64,000 bases of DNA, taken from Phycisphaeraceae bacterium (GTDB lineage: Bacteria > Planctomycetota > Phycisphaerae > Phycisphaerales > Phycisphaeraceae). The stretch spans positions 3,968,001 to 4,032,000 of the forward strand of contig OY771506.1 of NCBI GenBank assembly GCA_963674705.1, read 5' to 3'. A program made the translations under genes and the position numbers. Position 1 is the first letter of the stretch; each line of letters opens with the position of its first letter. A model generated the notes under the pieces. It did no database searches. It was given only the letters and a program-made list of their open reading frames with translations, and was not told where the DNA came from. Below, one piece after another: positions 20,544-30,124 of the stretch.

Positions 20544-21203
20544 TCAGTCAAGCTCGCTATCGGCTGATTTGACGGCTTCGATAAACCGGCGGATCAGCTT
20601 CGCATCCTTTACACCCCGAGAAACCTCCACTCCGCTGGATACATCCACCGCGAACGGCCGAACCACGCTGATCGCCTCGCCCACATTCTCTGCCGTCAAT
20701 CCCCCGGCCAGCATGATCGGCGGCAGGCCCGCACGGTCCAGGTTTGCAAACGCCTGCCAGTTGAACACGCGCCCCGTCCCGCCGGTCAGTTCACCCGGCA
20801 GCGTCGGTGCATCCACCAGCAGGGCGGCCACGTTCTCCGGCGGATTCCGCCATTCGTCAATCTTCTCCGGATCGAACGGCACCGCCTTGAACACCTTCAA
20901 GTCGTCAAGCTGCTCGACATACACACGGTCCTCATCGCCATGCAATTGCACATACCGGAAGTCCACGTTCTCCAGCACTTCATCCACAAACTCGATCGAC
21001 TGATTGGAAAAAAGCGCCACCGGCTCCACGCACTTTGATGTCGAAAACAACGTCGCCACCAGCGTCCGCGCCTCGGCGATCTGGACCTGCCGCGGCGAAC
21101 CTTCCGCAAACACCATCCCCACATAATCCGCGCCACAATCCACCGCGCACTCAATATGCTCCGGTTCCCGCAGACCACAGATTTTGATTTGTGTTCGCGC
21201 CAT
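20544..21203 (-). CDS. trpF: Phosphoribosylanthranilate isomerase
   Basis: IKICGL, VQLHGDE, GGTG, LAGGL and VDVSSGVE motifs. Confidence 0.96.
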   Translation of the reverse strand: MARTQIKICGLREPEHIECAVDCGADYVGMVFAEGSPRQVQIAEARTLVATLFSTSKCVEPVALFSNQSIEFVDEVLENVDFRYVQLHGDEDRVYVEQLDDLKVFKAVPFDPEKIDEWRNPPENVAALLVDAPTLPGELTGGTGRVFNWQAFANLDRAGLPPIMLAGGLTAENVGEAISVVRPFAVDVSSGVEVSRGVKDAKLIRRFIEAVKSADSELD

Positions 21204-21221
21204 ACTTCACACCCCAATACG

Positions 21222-21249
21222 CCCGTTTAGCGGTCGAGCTTACTCGACC
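21222..21249 (+). repeat. REP-like element, CCCGTTTAGCG-hairpin family, copy 2
   Basis: cccgtttagc-ggtcgag-ctta-ctcgacc: same leader, different but paired stem. Confidence 0.7.
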
Positions 21250-21289
21250 ATATGGAAGCAAGCTCCCACGCTAAACATCATACAAATCA

Positions 21290-23593
21290 TCAATACTCCA
21301 CAATCTCCAGTCTCGCATACTGCAAGATCAGCGTCTTCGTCCCGGCGGTATTAAATGCGATCCTTGCCCGTGTGTGCGACCCCATCGGATGTATATCGAT
21401 AATCCTGCCCATACCGAACTGCGGATGCCGCACCAAGGTGCCCGGCGGATACTTCGCCGCCTCTCGGCCGACCAATGATCGCTGCACCAAGCCGTCCGAC
21501 AAGCTATCGGCGTCATCCTCGGTCGCGTCCACCTCCTCGTAACAATCCTTCGGCATCTCACGGAAAAACCGGCTCGGGATCGTCGCGTTTGACATGCCGA
21601 ACACCGTGCGATACCGCGCGTGCGTCAGGTATAGTTGCCGCATCGCGCGTGTGATCCCCACGAAGCACAGCCGTCGTTCCTCTTCCAGTTCCTGCTGATC
21701 GCCGTTGGCTCGTTCGTGCGGCAACAGCCCGTCTTCCACGCCGATCATCGCCACAACCGGGTACTCCAGACCCTTAGCCGCGTGCAAGGTCATCAGCGTC
21801 ACCGCACCCTGGTCCGGATCGACCGCATCGACATCGCTGACCAGGCTGATCCTTTCCAAAAACGCCAGCAGTTTCTCCGCCAGCGTCGGCGTGTGGTCGC
21901 TGCCATCAAGCTCAACTTCCAGCTCGTATTCCTCCTCGAACTGCTGCGCGCTGGTCACCAGTTCGCCGAGATTGGCAAGCCTTTCGTGATCCGGATCGGA
22001 CTTGTCGTTTCGGCAAGCATCCTCCAAACCCGATTGCCGCAATACATCCTCGACAAACCCGCGCAGCGTCGTTGATGCGATCGGATCACCTACGACCGTC
22101 GGCACCTGCGGCCCGAACCCCGCCGCCTGCCGCCAGGTATCCAGCAGCTTGCCGAACTTCGCGACCGACGTCTGCGCCCGCGTATTGACTGCAGTCAGTT
22201 TCAACGGATCACCCAGCAGCGTGTCGATCTGCACGTTATTGGCTAGACAATACGCCTGCATCGCCTTGACCGTCTTGTCACTGATGCCGCGTGTCGGCGT
22301 GTTGATAATCCGCAGCAGACTCACCTCGTCGGCCGCGTTCACCACGCAGCGCAGATACGCCACCGCGTTCTTGATTTCCGCACGCTCGTAGAACGCCGTA
22401 CCCCGCGCGATCTGGTAGGGCACGCCCGCATTGCGCAGTGCATCTTCCATCACTCGGCTCAAACTGTTGATCCGGTAAAACACCGCCATCTGGCCCCACG
22501 CGACGTCCTTCTCATCGTGCAGCTTCTGGTACGCATCGACGATCCAGTTCGCCTCGTGACGTTCATCGCTGCACATCACGATCTGCACCGGATCGCCCTC
22601 ATCGTTATGCGTCCAAAGCTCCTTGTGCTTGCGGCGAGAGTTGTTGCGGATCAGCCCGTCGGCCAGCGAAAGGATCTTCTTGGTCGACCGGTAATTCTGC
22701 TCAAGCCGAACCACCTTCGCATCCGGGTAATGCGCCTCGAAGTCGAGGATGTTTTTGATATTAGCGCCGCGCCAGCCGTAGATCGATTGGTCCGGGTCTC
22801 CCGTCGCGCAGATATTTTTGTGTCGGCTCGCTAAGGCATTTGCGATCATGAACTGCGCGTGGTTCGTGTCCTGGTACTCGTCGATCATCACGTACTGATA
22901 CTTATCCTGCAGCATCTTCAGCACATCCGGGTGCTCTCGGAATAGCTGCACGACCTTCAATAGCAGGTCATCGAAGTCCAGCGCGTTGTTTCTCGTCAGG
23001 ATCTCGGTGTACTTCGTGTACACCTTCGCAACCGTCCGGCTGTAGAAGTCGCTCGCCAGCTTCTGGTACGCATCGGCATCAACCAGCTCGTTCTTCGAGT
23101 TGCTGATCGAGCTGAGCAAGCCGCCCGGCGGGAAGTTCTTCGTGTTGATCTCCAGGTCAGTCAGCGCCTGCTTCACCGCACGCTTCTGGTCTGTCGTGTC
23201 ATAAATCGAATAACCCGGCGGCAGGTCCAGCCGCTCGGCAAACTGACGCAGCACGCGGGCACACAAACTGTGGAACGTACACACCGTCAGCGCCCGCGCC
23301 TGCCGGTCCGTGACAAGCTCGGCTGTACGCGCGTGCATTTCCCCGGCCGCCTTGTTCGTAAACGTGATCGCCAGCACCTGCCAGGGCGGTATCCCCACCC
23401 GCGTTACCAGGTGCGCGACCCGGCTGGTAATGACCCGCGTCTTTCCCGAGCCCGGCCCGGCCAGCACCAGCATCGGCCCGTCCACGTGCGTCACCGCCTC
23501 ACGCTGCGGCTCGGTCAAACCCGCCAGCAGCGGATCGTTGTCGTCCGCAGCAGGTGCAAAGGATTCTGTATCTCTGATCGATGGTTCAGCCAT
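21290..23593 (-). CDS. pcrA: UvrD/PcrA superfamily 1 DNA helicase
   Basis: AGPGSGKT, TFTNKAA, DEYQDTN, GDPDQSIYGWRGA, LEQNYRS, TLHAAKGLE and EERRL.FVGITRA motifs, plus a C-terminal Tudor-like domain. Confidence 0.95.
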   Translation of the reverse strand: MAEPSIRDTESFAPAADDNDPLLAGLTEPQREAVTHVDGPMLVLAGPGSGKTRVITSRVAHLVTRVGIPPWQVLAITFTNKAAGEMHARTAELVTDRQARALTVCTFHSLCARVLRQFAERLDLPPGYSIYDTTDQKRAVKQALTDLEINTKNFPPGGLLSSISNSKNELVDADAYQKLASDFYSRTVAKVYTKYTEILTRNNALDFDDLLLKVVQLFREHPDVLKMLQDKYQYVMIDEYQDTNHAQFMIANALASRHKNICATGDPDQSIYGWRGANIKNILDFEAHYPDAKVVRLEQNYRSTKKILSLADGLIRNNSRRKHKELWTHNDEGDPVQIVMCSDERHEANWIVDAYQKLHDEKDVAWGQMAVFYRINSLSRVMEDALRNAGVPYQIARGTAFYERAEIKNAVAYLRCVVNAADEVSLLRIINTPTRGISDKTVKAMQAYCLANNVQIDTLLGDPLKLTAVNTRAQTSVAKFGKLLDTWRQAAGFGPQVPTVVGDPIASTTLRGFVEDVLRQSGLEDACRNDKSDPDHERLANLGELVTSAQQFEEEYELEVELDGSDHTPTLAEKLLAFLERISLVSDVDAVDPDQGAVTLMTLHAAKGLEYPVVAMIGVEDGLLPHERANGDQQELEEERRLCFVGITRAMRQLYLTHARYRTVFGMSNATIPSRFFREMPKDCYEEVDATEDDADSLSDGLVQRSLVGREAAKYPPGTLVRHPQFGMGRIIDIHPMGSHTRARIAFNTAGTKTLILQYARLEIVEY

Positions 23594-23625
23594 GGACTAG
23601 GAGTTTAGCAACTCCCCCGGATTGT

Positions 23626-24600
23626 TCAGCTACCGCCGAGGCTTTGACGCCGATCGGCCGAACTTTCCGTGAAGATCGCTTCCAGACCCGCCTTGTAGTC
23701 TGTAAATGCAGGCGACCAGCCCGTCCGTTTTCTTGTTACTGCGTTATCCAGTGCCTTATTCGACGACCGCGCCAGCCGATCAGCGTTCACACCGAAGATC
23801 GTCGCCGCTGTATGATCGTCCACAACCTGGGGCACGGGCAGCTTCAACCGGTTCGCCAGGTACGTGTAATACGAAAGCCGGCCCACCGGATGCCCGTCAC
23901 ACCCAAGCTCGATACGCCCGGCCCCCGAACCATCCACCATCGCAAGCAACAGGTCTACCGCATCCTGAACATGCACGAGATTCAACATCGCTTCAGGATT
24001 ACCCAATAAAGGCGAACACTGACGTAGCGCCCGCATCCCGACGATCCGCCCCGGCCCATACAACCCCGCCAAACGCAATACGGAATACGCATCCCCGCCG
24101 TCAAGCCATAGCTTCTCGCCTTCAAGCATCAACTTCGCACGTTCGCCATTCGGCTCAGCCGGCGTATCCGCATCCACACGCTGCCCATCCGCCTGGCCAT
24201 ACACCGCTGAACTTGAAACCATCACCGATTTGCGAACGTTCGCTCGTTTCAGCGCCTTGATGACATGTGCCGTCCCGCACAACATGATCTGTTTTGTCGA
24301 AGGCTCATCGTTCAACCGCCCCGGCGGAACCATCAGGTACACATCCAACACCTCGGCCGACAGCGCGGGTGTCAGCGACGCATACGTCAACGGCTGCGTC
24401 AGCTCCAACAACAACGGCCTTACACCCATCCCCGCCAACAGCTTCGCATGTTTCTCGCTGCGCGTCGTCCCAAACACCGTCAGCCCGCGCGCGATCAACT
24501 GCTGCGCCAATCGCTTGCCGAAATACCCACAACCAACGATCAAAGCCGCATGAGCAGGGGAATCCGGGGGGTGCGGGTTGTCAGAAGCAGGGGGATTCAT
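23626..24600 (-). CDS. NAD-dependent epimerase/dehydratase (atypical SDR, YeeZ-like)
   Basis: IVGCGYFG Rossmann motif, SSSAVYG and LRLAGLYGPGR. Confidence 0.85.
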   Translation of the reverse strand: MNPPASDNPHPPDSPAHAALIVGCGYFGKRLAQQLIARGLTVFGTTRSEKHAKLLAGMGVRPLLLELTQPLTYASLTPALSAEVLDVYLMVPPGRLNDEPSTKQIMLCGTAHVIKALKRANVRKSVMVSSSAVYGQADGQRVDADTPAEPNGERAKLMLEGEKLWLDGGDAYSVLRLAGLYGPGRIVGMRALRQCSPLLGNPEAMLNLVHVQDAVDLLLAMVDGSGAGRIELGCDGHPVGRLSYYTYLANRLKLPVPQVVDDHTAATIFGVNADRLARSSNKALDNAVTRKRTGWSPAFTDYKAGLEAIFTESSADRRQSLGGS

Positions 24601-24656
24601 TACTCGATGATAGCAGGTGAACAGGATGCGTGAGGGCAGCGATTGGCCGATCCCTC

Positions 24657-24733
24657 TGTAAAGCCGCGACCATTGGTCGCGCTCTTCAAAGATAAATTAG
24701 CTACCGGGCGCGGCCAATGGTCGCGGCTATACA
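24657..24733. repeat. 77-bp REPIN-like doublet, copy 1
   Basis: tgtaaagccgcgaccattggtcgcg...cgcggccaatggtcgcggctataca; two inverted hairpin units; near-identical to 29853-29929. Confidence 0.85.
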
Positions 24734-24764
24734 TTCTTTAAGAGAGGACGGGAGTAATGCCGTT

Positions 24765-25442
24765 TTAATTCAGCGCCAAACCTTGCTCGCTGACGGAGCA
24801 GCCGAAGCTTTGGGCGCGGTAGAAGGTCTTGCGTGTCTGTTCGAGATGCTTCTGGACCCACTCGGCTCGCTGGCAGGGACATGGCTCAGCCAGCATTGAA
24901 TAGCGTTGCTCGGTACAACGACACAATGAAAGGACCATCTGATCGATCAACGCCACCGTCGGTATCTCACTGCTGATCCAGTTACTCACCGCTTGTGCCT
25001 TGGACCACTGTTTTAACAGCGGATCGGCAAGAAGCTTCTCGATCTGTTCCCGGCAGGGTGCGAGTATGTCCTCGCCCGGCAGTTCTTTTTCCACCGGCCG
25101 GAGGATCGCTTCACGGTAGGAGGCGCCGAGGATCTCCTGTGAGATCTTTGCACGCGATACGCCTTGCAGCAGGATGTTGTATCGGCCGTCGGGCAGACGT
25201 TCGTGCTGGAGGATGTAGCCGATGCAGACGCACGGTCGGATCGGCGGGTTGCCTTCATATTCCTGACGCCAGCGTTCACCCTTGAACGTCGCCATCGCGA
25301 TCAGCCCGTTACTGTCAAGCGCCCGGCTGACCATCTTGCGGTAACGATCTTCAAAAATATGCAGCGGCGTCAGCGTGTTCGGCAGAAGCACACACGCGTT
25401 CAGCGGGAACAGGGGGATCGGGATGTTATAGTCGATGTGCAC
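24765..25442 (-). CDS. Lon protease substrate-binding (LON N-domain) protein
   Basis: IPLFPL...LLP...PLHIFEDRYRKMV and LPDGRYNILLQG. Confidence 0.9.
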   Translation of the reverse strand: MHIDYNIPIPLFPLNACVLLPNTLTPLHIFEDRYRKMVSRALDSNGLIAMATFKGERWRQEYEGNPPIRPCVCIGYILQHERLPDGRYNILLQGVSRAKISQEILGASYREAILRPVEKELPGEDILAPCREQIEKLLADPLLKQWSKAQAVSNWISSEIPTVALIDQMVLSLCRCTEQRYSMLAEPCPCQRAEWVQKHLEQTRKTFYRAQSFGCSVSEQGLALN

Positions 25443-25466
25443 GGCTGTAGCTCCCGAAGTGGCCCA

Positions 25467-26444
25467 TCATTCGGTGGGCAGTCGGTCCTTCTTGTTGACG
25501 TTTGTATTCCGCATCGCTCGCAGTTGTGGCTGCGGGTGATCGATCCGTACGGTATGCCCTGGCTGGACGCTGTGCGTTAAGAACGCGCCGCCGTTAACAA
25601 CGCAACCCTCGCCGATCACGGTCTCGCCGCCGAGGATTGTCGCGTTGGGATAGATGGTAACGTTGTCTTCGATCGTGGGATGACGCTTCATCCCGCGCCA
25701 CGCCTGCCCGCCTTTGGTCGATAGCGCGCCGAGTGTCACGCCCTGATATATCTTCACATGGCGACCGATCGTGGTTGTTTCCCCGATGACAACACCCGTG
25801 CCGTGATCGATGAAAAATGCATCACCAATGACCGCGCCGGGGTGGATATCGATACCGGTTTCGCTGTGCGCAACTTCCGTCATGATGCGCGGGATCAGTG
25901 GGACATCAAGCTTGAATAGTACGTGTGCCGCCCGCTGGATAAAGATCGCGTCGATGCCTGGGTAGCTGAAGATCGCTTCGTCGGTCGACTTCGCCGCCGG
26001 GTCGCCATCGAACGCCGCTTCCACATCAAGCGCCAGCCTGCGTCGAAGCTCGGGAATGGTCTTGAGGAACGTCGAGGTGATCTCGTGAGCCTTGCACTTG
26101 CAGTTCTCGTCCGCCGGCGCTGCCGTGCCCGCACCGATGTTGCTCTTGTAGCACAGCGACTGCAGTACCTGCTCGTACAACACGACCTGCACCTTGCTCA
26201 GCAGTTCACCGATATGCCAGCGAGCGTTATCGGGCGTTACCGGCTGTTCATCGAAAAAGCCCGGGAACACGATTTTCCGCAATAGCTCGATGAATTCGAT
26301 AACCCGCGCCCGCTTGGGCAGGAACGCCTGATTGATATGCTGAAGATGGTCCTCGGAGCTGTAACTGCCCACGAGCTGATCGACCAGGCCTTCAATCAGG
26401 CCGGGGCGGTCTTTTTTTTCAGGTTGATGCGGGTCCTCACTCAT
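25467..26444 (-). CDS. cysE: Serine O-acetyltransferase
   Basis: GDPAA, SYPG, TGIDIHPGA.IG..FFIDHGTGVVIGET, IYQGVTLGA and KRHPTI motifs. Confidence 0.93.
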   Translation of the reverse strand: MSEDPHQPEKKDRPGLIEGLVDQLVGSYSSEDHLQHINQAFLPKRARVIEFIELLRKIVFPGFFDEQPVTPDNARWHIGELLSKVQVVLYEQVLQSLCYKSNIGAGTAAPADENCKCKAHEITSTFLKTIPELRRRLALDVEAAFDGDPAAKSTDEAIFSYPGIDAIFIQRAAHVLFKLDVPLIPRIMTEVAHSETGIDIHPGAVIGDAFFIDHGTGVVIGETTTIGRHVKIYQGVTLGALSTKGGQAWRGMKRHPTIEDNVTIYPNATILGGETVIGEGCVVNGGAFLTHSVQPGHTVRIDHPQPQLRAMRNTNVNKKDRLPTE

Positions 26445-26494
26445 GCTTAGACACTATAGCGCGTGGTTAGGCTCGATGCCTGTTTTATAATAAT

Positions 26495-26526
26495 AAAAAA
26501 ACGGCCCGTCCGAGCTGACAGGCCGT
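26495..26526 (-). terminator. Intrinsic terminator of the 6S RNA
   Basis: The minus strand reads acggcctgtc-agctcg-gacgggccgt followed by a T run. Confidence 0.8.
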
Positions 26527-26544
26527 GTCAAAAGCGTTTCCACG

Positions 26545-26750
26545 CTCAAGCTTGATCCCAAGCGGTGCGGAACTTGCTCGAACCCCAATTGCAGGTGGGT
26601 GCGTTCCCAAGTCGTCCCGGCCTTCCACTCTTTGGAGGCTTGGCCTTCGCGCTCGATCAACGCTCCCTTGGGGTTCTTAAAGGTTCGAGCAAATCTGCCA
26701 CACCGTACCGTTTTCGGTTGCCCAGGGCTTGATCCGTGTCTTCACTTTCC
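26545..26750 (-). ncRNA. ssrS: 6S RNA
   Basis: Non-coding ~200 nt with 6S-like motifs on minus (GAACC...AAGGGAGC and GCACCCACCUG), an 11-bp perfect inverted pair (ttgctcgaacc 26574 / ggttcgagcaa 26682), a perfect TATAAT upstream and a terminator downstream. Ends are approximate. Confidence 0.85.
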
Positions 26751-26757
26751 AGCCCCA

Positions 26758-26786
26758 ATTATACGACACGAACCGGCCCGGTCCAG
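26758..26786 (-). promoter_or_regulatory. sigma70 promoter of the 6S RNA
   Basis: The minus strand reads CTGGAC-N17-TATAAT. Confidence 0.65.
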
Positions 26787-26841
26787 AAACATTTTGAAGT
26801 TGGGTAAGATTGTGGAAATCCACCGAAAAGGCGAACCTTGT

Positions 26842-27876
26842 TCACCTTGCGCCGCTTACCGGAGGCGGGATCCGCAGCTCCATCCCCGCCTTGATCGCGT
26901 TGGGATTCTTGCCGATTAAATCGCGGTTAAAATTATAAATCTTCCGCCACTGCGTCGGGTCGCCCTTGTAATACACCTCTGAAATACTTGACAGACTGTC
27001 ACCAGCCTTGACGACATGAATCCTCACACCCTCCGGCAGCGGTATCACTTCCTGCTCACTTTTAATGGCAACCGCCATCGCAGGGATCCGAAGTTCCTGA
27101 CCTACTTGTAAGCTGAGTGGTTCAACAAAATTCTCCTCACCGATCACATGCCACTTCGACTCATCGCCGTAGAACTTCTTGGCGATCGAACTGAGCGTAT
27201 CACCGGGTTGGATGATATACGTCCCGCCGGGATAACCGCTCGCAGTAGTCGGCTTCGTATCAATTGCTGTGACAGCCGTCGTCAACGAAGTATTCGCGCC
27301 GCTGGTCGTTGTTGGCCCAGGCGTGCCCGATGTCGTCGTGGAAGAACCGCCCCCCAGTATCGCTTCTAACTCCGCGCGGCTGACCGTCGGCGTTTTCTTG
27401 GGTTCTTCCGTAACCACCGGCTTGCCTGCATCGGCATCCGTCCGGTTCAGCGCGATCGCCTCGGGTGTATTGGCTTTGGCGGTCTCATCAACGGGCTTTT
27501 CAGCTTCTGCCGTCGTGGCTTCGGTATCAACCGGTTTACCTGCCGCGTTCTCAGACGCCGCCTTTTCCGCGGCCGCCTGCTGTTGATACTTCCGGATATC
27601 CGCAGCCAGACTGCTGGTCGGTGTAGAGGCGCCGCCGCCAACCGGCTTCTCAGCATTGGCCGTCGTCTTGCTACCGGCTTGCGTCGTGCCGCCATCCTCA
27701 GCCTCCGATGATTCACTCACCAAAGACTTACGCTGGTTCTGGTCGGTTTGTGTTGAGTTATCCGCGGTATCTGTCGTTTCATCCCCGGACCCACCGGAAC
27801 CGCTTATCAGCAGTACCGCCACCAAGAACAGGGCAGCAGAAACGATCAGTGCGATTTTGTAAGACAGCTTCATCAT
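26842..27876 (-). CDS. Membrane-anchored protein with two LysM domains
   Basis: N-terminal TM helix, low-complexity linker, YIIQPGDTLSSIAKKFYG and HVVKAGDSLSSIS. AAGGAGG RBS precedes ATG 27876. Confidence 0.9.
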   Translation of the reverse strand: MMKLSYKIALIVSAALFLVAVLLISGSGGSGDETTDTADNSTQTDQNQRKSLVSESSEAEDGGTTQAGSKTTANAEKPVGGGASTPTSSLAADIRKYQQQAAAEKAASENAAGKPVDTEATTAEAEKPVDETAKANTPEAIALNRTDADAGKPVVTEEPKKTPTVSRAELEAILGGGSSTTTSGTPGPTTTSGANTSLTTAVTAIDTKPTTASGYPGGTYIIQPGDTLSSIAKKFYGDESKWHVIGEENFVEPLSLQVGQELRIPAMAVAIKSEQEVIPLPEGVRIHVVKAGDSLSSISEVYYKGDPTQWRKIYNFNRDLIGKNPNAIKAGMELRIPPPVSGAR

Positions 27877-28010
27877 CAGCCTCCTTGCAACGGCGACATT
27901 GTAACAACCGACCCGGCCCGTGTAAGCATCCCGTTTATCTCCATGTATAACTGCACCCGGGCAAACCCTCATTTGGCCGACGATCCCCACCGAGCGTAGA
28001 CTACTGCCCC

Positions 28011-28790
28011 ATGCCCGAAATATCCGTCATTATCTGCTGTGCCAACGCCGAGGACACCCTTGGCCCCGCCTGCGAATCCGCCAAGTGGGCCGACGAGTTG
28101 ATCGTCGTGGATTCCGGCTCACAGGACCGCACACCGCAAATCGCCCAGAAGCACGCCGACCGCTACGTCGTCGAGCCTTGGCGGGGCTACATGGGCCAGA
28201 AAAAGTTCGCCTCCGAGCTTGCCCGTAACGACTGGGTCTTCGTTCTGGACGGCGACGAGGAGATTTCCCCCGCGCTTGCCAAGGAAGTCGCCTCTTTGAC
28301 CCCTCAGCAACTGGATAGCCACGATGTCTTCCTGCTTCGGCGTCGAAATTACCTGATGGGCCGGTTCGTCCGTGCCTGGTGCCCCGACTGGCAATCCCGC
28401 CTGATCCACCAGAAACGCTGCTCCTGGCCCGATGAAGTCCTCCACGAGGCCCGCCAGGCGTCCTCACCCGACCGCTGCGGCAGGCTCAAGGGCCATATCG
28501 AGCACAAACGTGTCAGCGACGCCGGGTTCAGCGACTACTTCTCGGGCGAGCGTATGGATGAACGCCTGCTGATGGTCGCCCAGCAGATGCACGACCGCGG
28601 CAAACGGGCCACCGGCCTGGACCTGCTCCTCCGTCCATGGTTTGCCTTCTTCAAGTTCTACTTTCTCAAGAAGGGCTTCCTCGATGGCGCGTTCGGCCTG
28701 CTGATTGCTCAGAAAGCAGCCGTCAGCACCCAGCTCAAATACGCCGCCCTCTGGTATATCCAGCACAACAAAAGCCAAGACCCGAAGTAG
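28011..28790 (+). CDS. Family 2 glycosyltransferase (KdtX/WaaE-like)
   Basis: ISVII, VVDSGSQDRT, WVFVLDGDE and KKGFLDG..G motifs. Confidence 0.9.
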   Translation: MPEISVIICCANAEDTLGPACESAKWADELIVVDSGSQDRTPQIAQKHADRYVVEPWRGYMGQKKFASELARNDWVFVLDGDEEISPALAKEVASLTPQQLDSHDVFLLRRRNYLMGRFVRAWCPDWQSRLIHQKRCSWPDEVLHEARQASSPDRCGRLKGHIEHKRVSDAGFSDYFSGERMDERLLMVAQQMHDRGKRATGLDLLLRPWFAFFKFYFLKKGFLDGAFGLLIAQKAAVSTQLKYAALWYIQHNKSQDPK

Positions 28791-28986
28791 CCGATATTTA
28801 TTCACCCATACCGATGTGTACCAACCCCGAATTACTGATAAGATAGGACATATGGGCGCTGGGGACGCGCTCAGGGACAGGGCTGTCATGTAGTGCCACT
28901 TCCTGTCTGGCGGATGGCTGTAAATGTTTGACACCCAAGGACGAAGCAGATAACTTCGACCCCTTGACCCGACGATTAGGAGACGG

Positions 28987-29349
28987 TTGATGACCACCAA
29001 GGATTCACGCCTGGTTGTGAGTGAGGAGAACGAGATCACCAAGATCCGATTCCTCGACCGCAACATCCTTGAGGAAGCAAATATCCAGCAGATCGGTGAC
29101 GAGATCCGCCAACTGATCGAGGCTTCGGACAACCCCAAACTGTTGATCGACTTCGACCAGGTCGAGCACCTGTCTTCCGCTGCGCTGGGCACCCTGATCA
29201 CCATCAATAATCAGGTACGAAACAAGAGCGGACAGCTGAGGCTGTGCAACATCGATCCTCAGATTTATGAGGTCTTTGTCATCACCAAGCTCAATAAGCT
29301 GTTCCAGATCCACGAGGACGCTCCCAAGGCGTTGGCGAGCTTTAAGTAA
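28987..29349 (+). CDS. STAS-domain anti-sigma factor antagonist
   Basis: LLIDFDQVEHLSSAALG.L and EVFVITKLNKLF. Confidence 0.92.
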   Translation: MMTTKDSRLVVSEENEITKIRFLDRNILEEANIQQIGDEIRQLIEASDNPKLLIDFDQVEHLSSAALGTLITINNQVRNKSGQLRLCNIDPQIYEVFVITKLNKLFQIHEDAPKALASFK

Positions 29350-29425
29350 AACTGCTCCACCGGCCCGCCCCGCGCAGCCTCGCTGGGTAGTGGCGCGGCG
29401 GTTCGCTTTGGCAGGGGCCTGACCA

Positions 29426-29842
29426 ATGCCCAAGATGGTGATCCCTAGCAAGCTGACAGAGCTGCCCAAGGTTCAGGAAACCATCATCCGGGCAGTTCAA
29501 GACAAAGGCTTCGGCAAGGACGAAGTCTTCGCCATCCGTCTCGCCCTCGACGAGGCCATCTCAAACGCCATCCACCACGGCAACAAGAACGATCCCGCCA
29601 AAAACGTCACCATCAAATACGCCTGCACCAACAAGAAAATCACGATAGACGTTACCGACGAAGGTGACGGGTTCAACCCCAAATCCCTTCCCGACCCGAC
29701 CAGCGAAGAAAACCTCACCACACCTCACGGCCGCGGCGTCATGCTCATCGAAGCCTACATGACCGACGTCCACTACAACGCCAAGGGCAACCACCTGACC
29801 ATGTCAAAACAAAAAGGCTGCAAACTCCCCAACCGGGACTAA
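29426..29842 (+). CDS. RsbW-type anti-sigma factor / Ser kinase
   Basis: EAISNAIHHGN, VTDEGDGF and GRGVMLI motifs; adjacent to the STAS gene. Confidence 0.92.
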   Translation: MPKMVIPSKLTELPKVQETIIRAVQDKGFGKDEVFAIRLALDEAISNAIHHGNKNDPAKNVTIKYACTNKKITIDVTDEGDGFNPKSLPDPTSEENLTTPHGRGVMLIEAYMTDVHYNAKGNHLTMSKQKGCKLPNRD

Positions 29843-29852
29843 GCAGCCCTTT

Positions 29853-29929
29853 TGTAAAACCGCGACCATCGGTCGCGCTCTTCAAAAGTAAATGAACACT
29901 CCGGCGCGACCAATGGTCGCGGCTATACA
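29853..29929. repeat. 77-bp REPIN-like doublet, copy 2
   Basis: tgtaaaaccgcgaccatcggtcgcgctcttcaaa...cgcgaccaatggtcgcggctataca. Confidence 0.85.
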
Positions 29930-29990
29930 CAGATTAATTACGCGCACTTGCCCGAATCTGTAATAGCTGCGTTGCGACGCAACACAGACC

Positions 29991-30099
29991 TCTTATCCCC
30001 TCTCCACCCGGGAGAGGGCCAGGGTGAGGGCCGGATTGATTACGCGAAATTAAACCAGCTCTTTATCAGCTGCGTTGCGACGCAACGCAGGCAGTCAAC
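29991..30099 (+). repeat. Composite ~110-bp element (CCCTCTCC/GGGAGAGGG hairpin + GCGTTGCGACGCAACGC palindrome), copy 1
   Basis: Aligns end to end with the reverse complement of 37758-37866. An extra palindrome copy sits at 29967-29987. Confidence 0.8.
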
Positions 30100-30124
30100 T
30101 GCACCCGCCAAGAGTCCACCCCAA

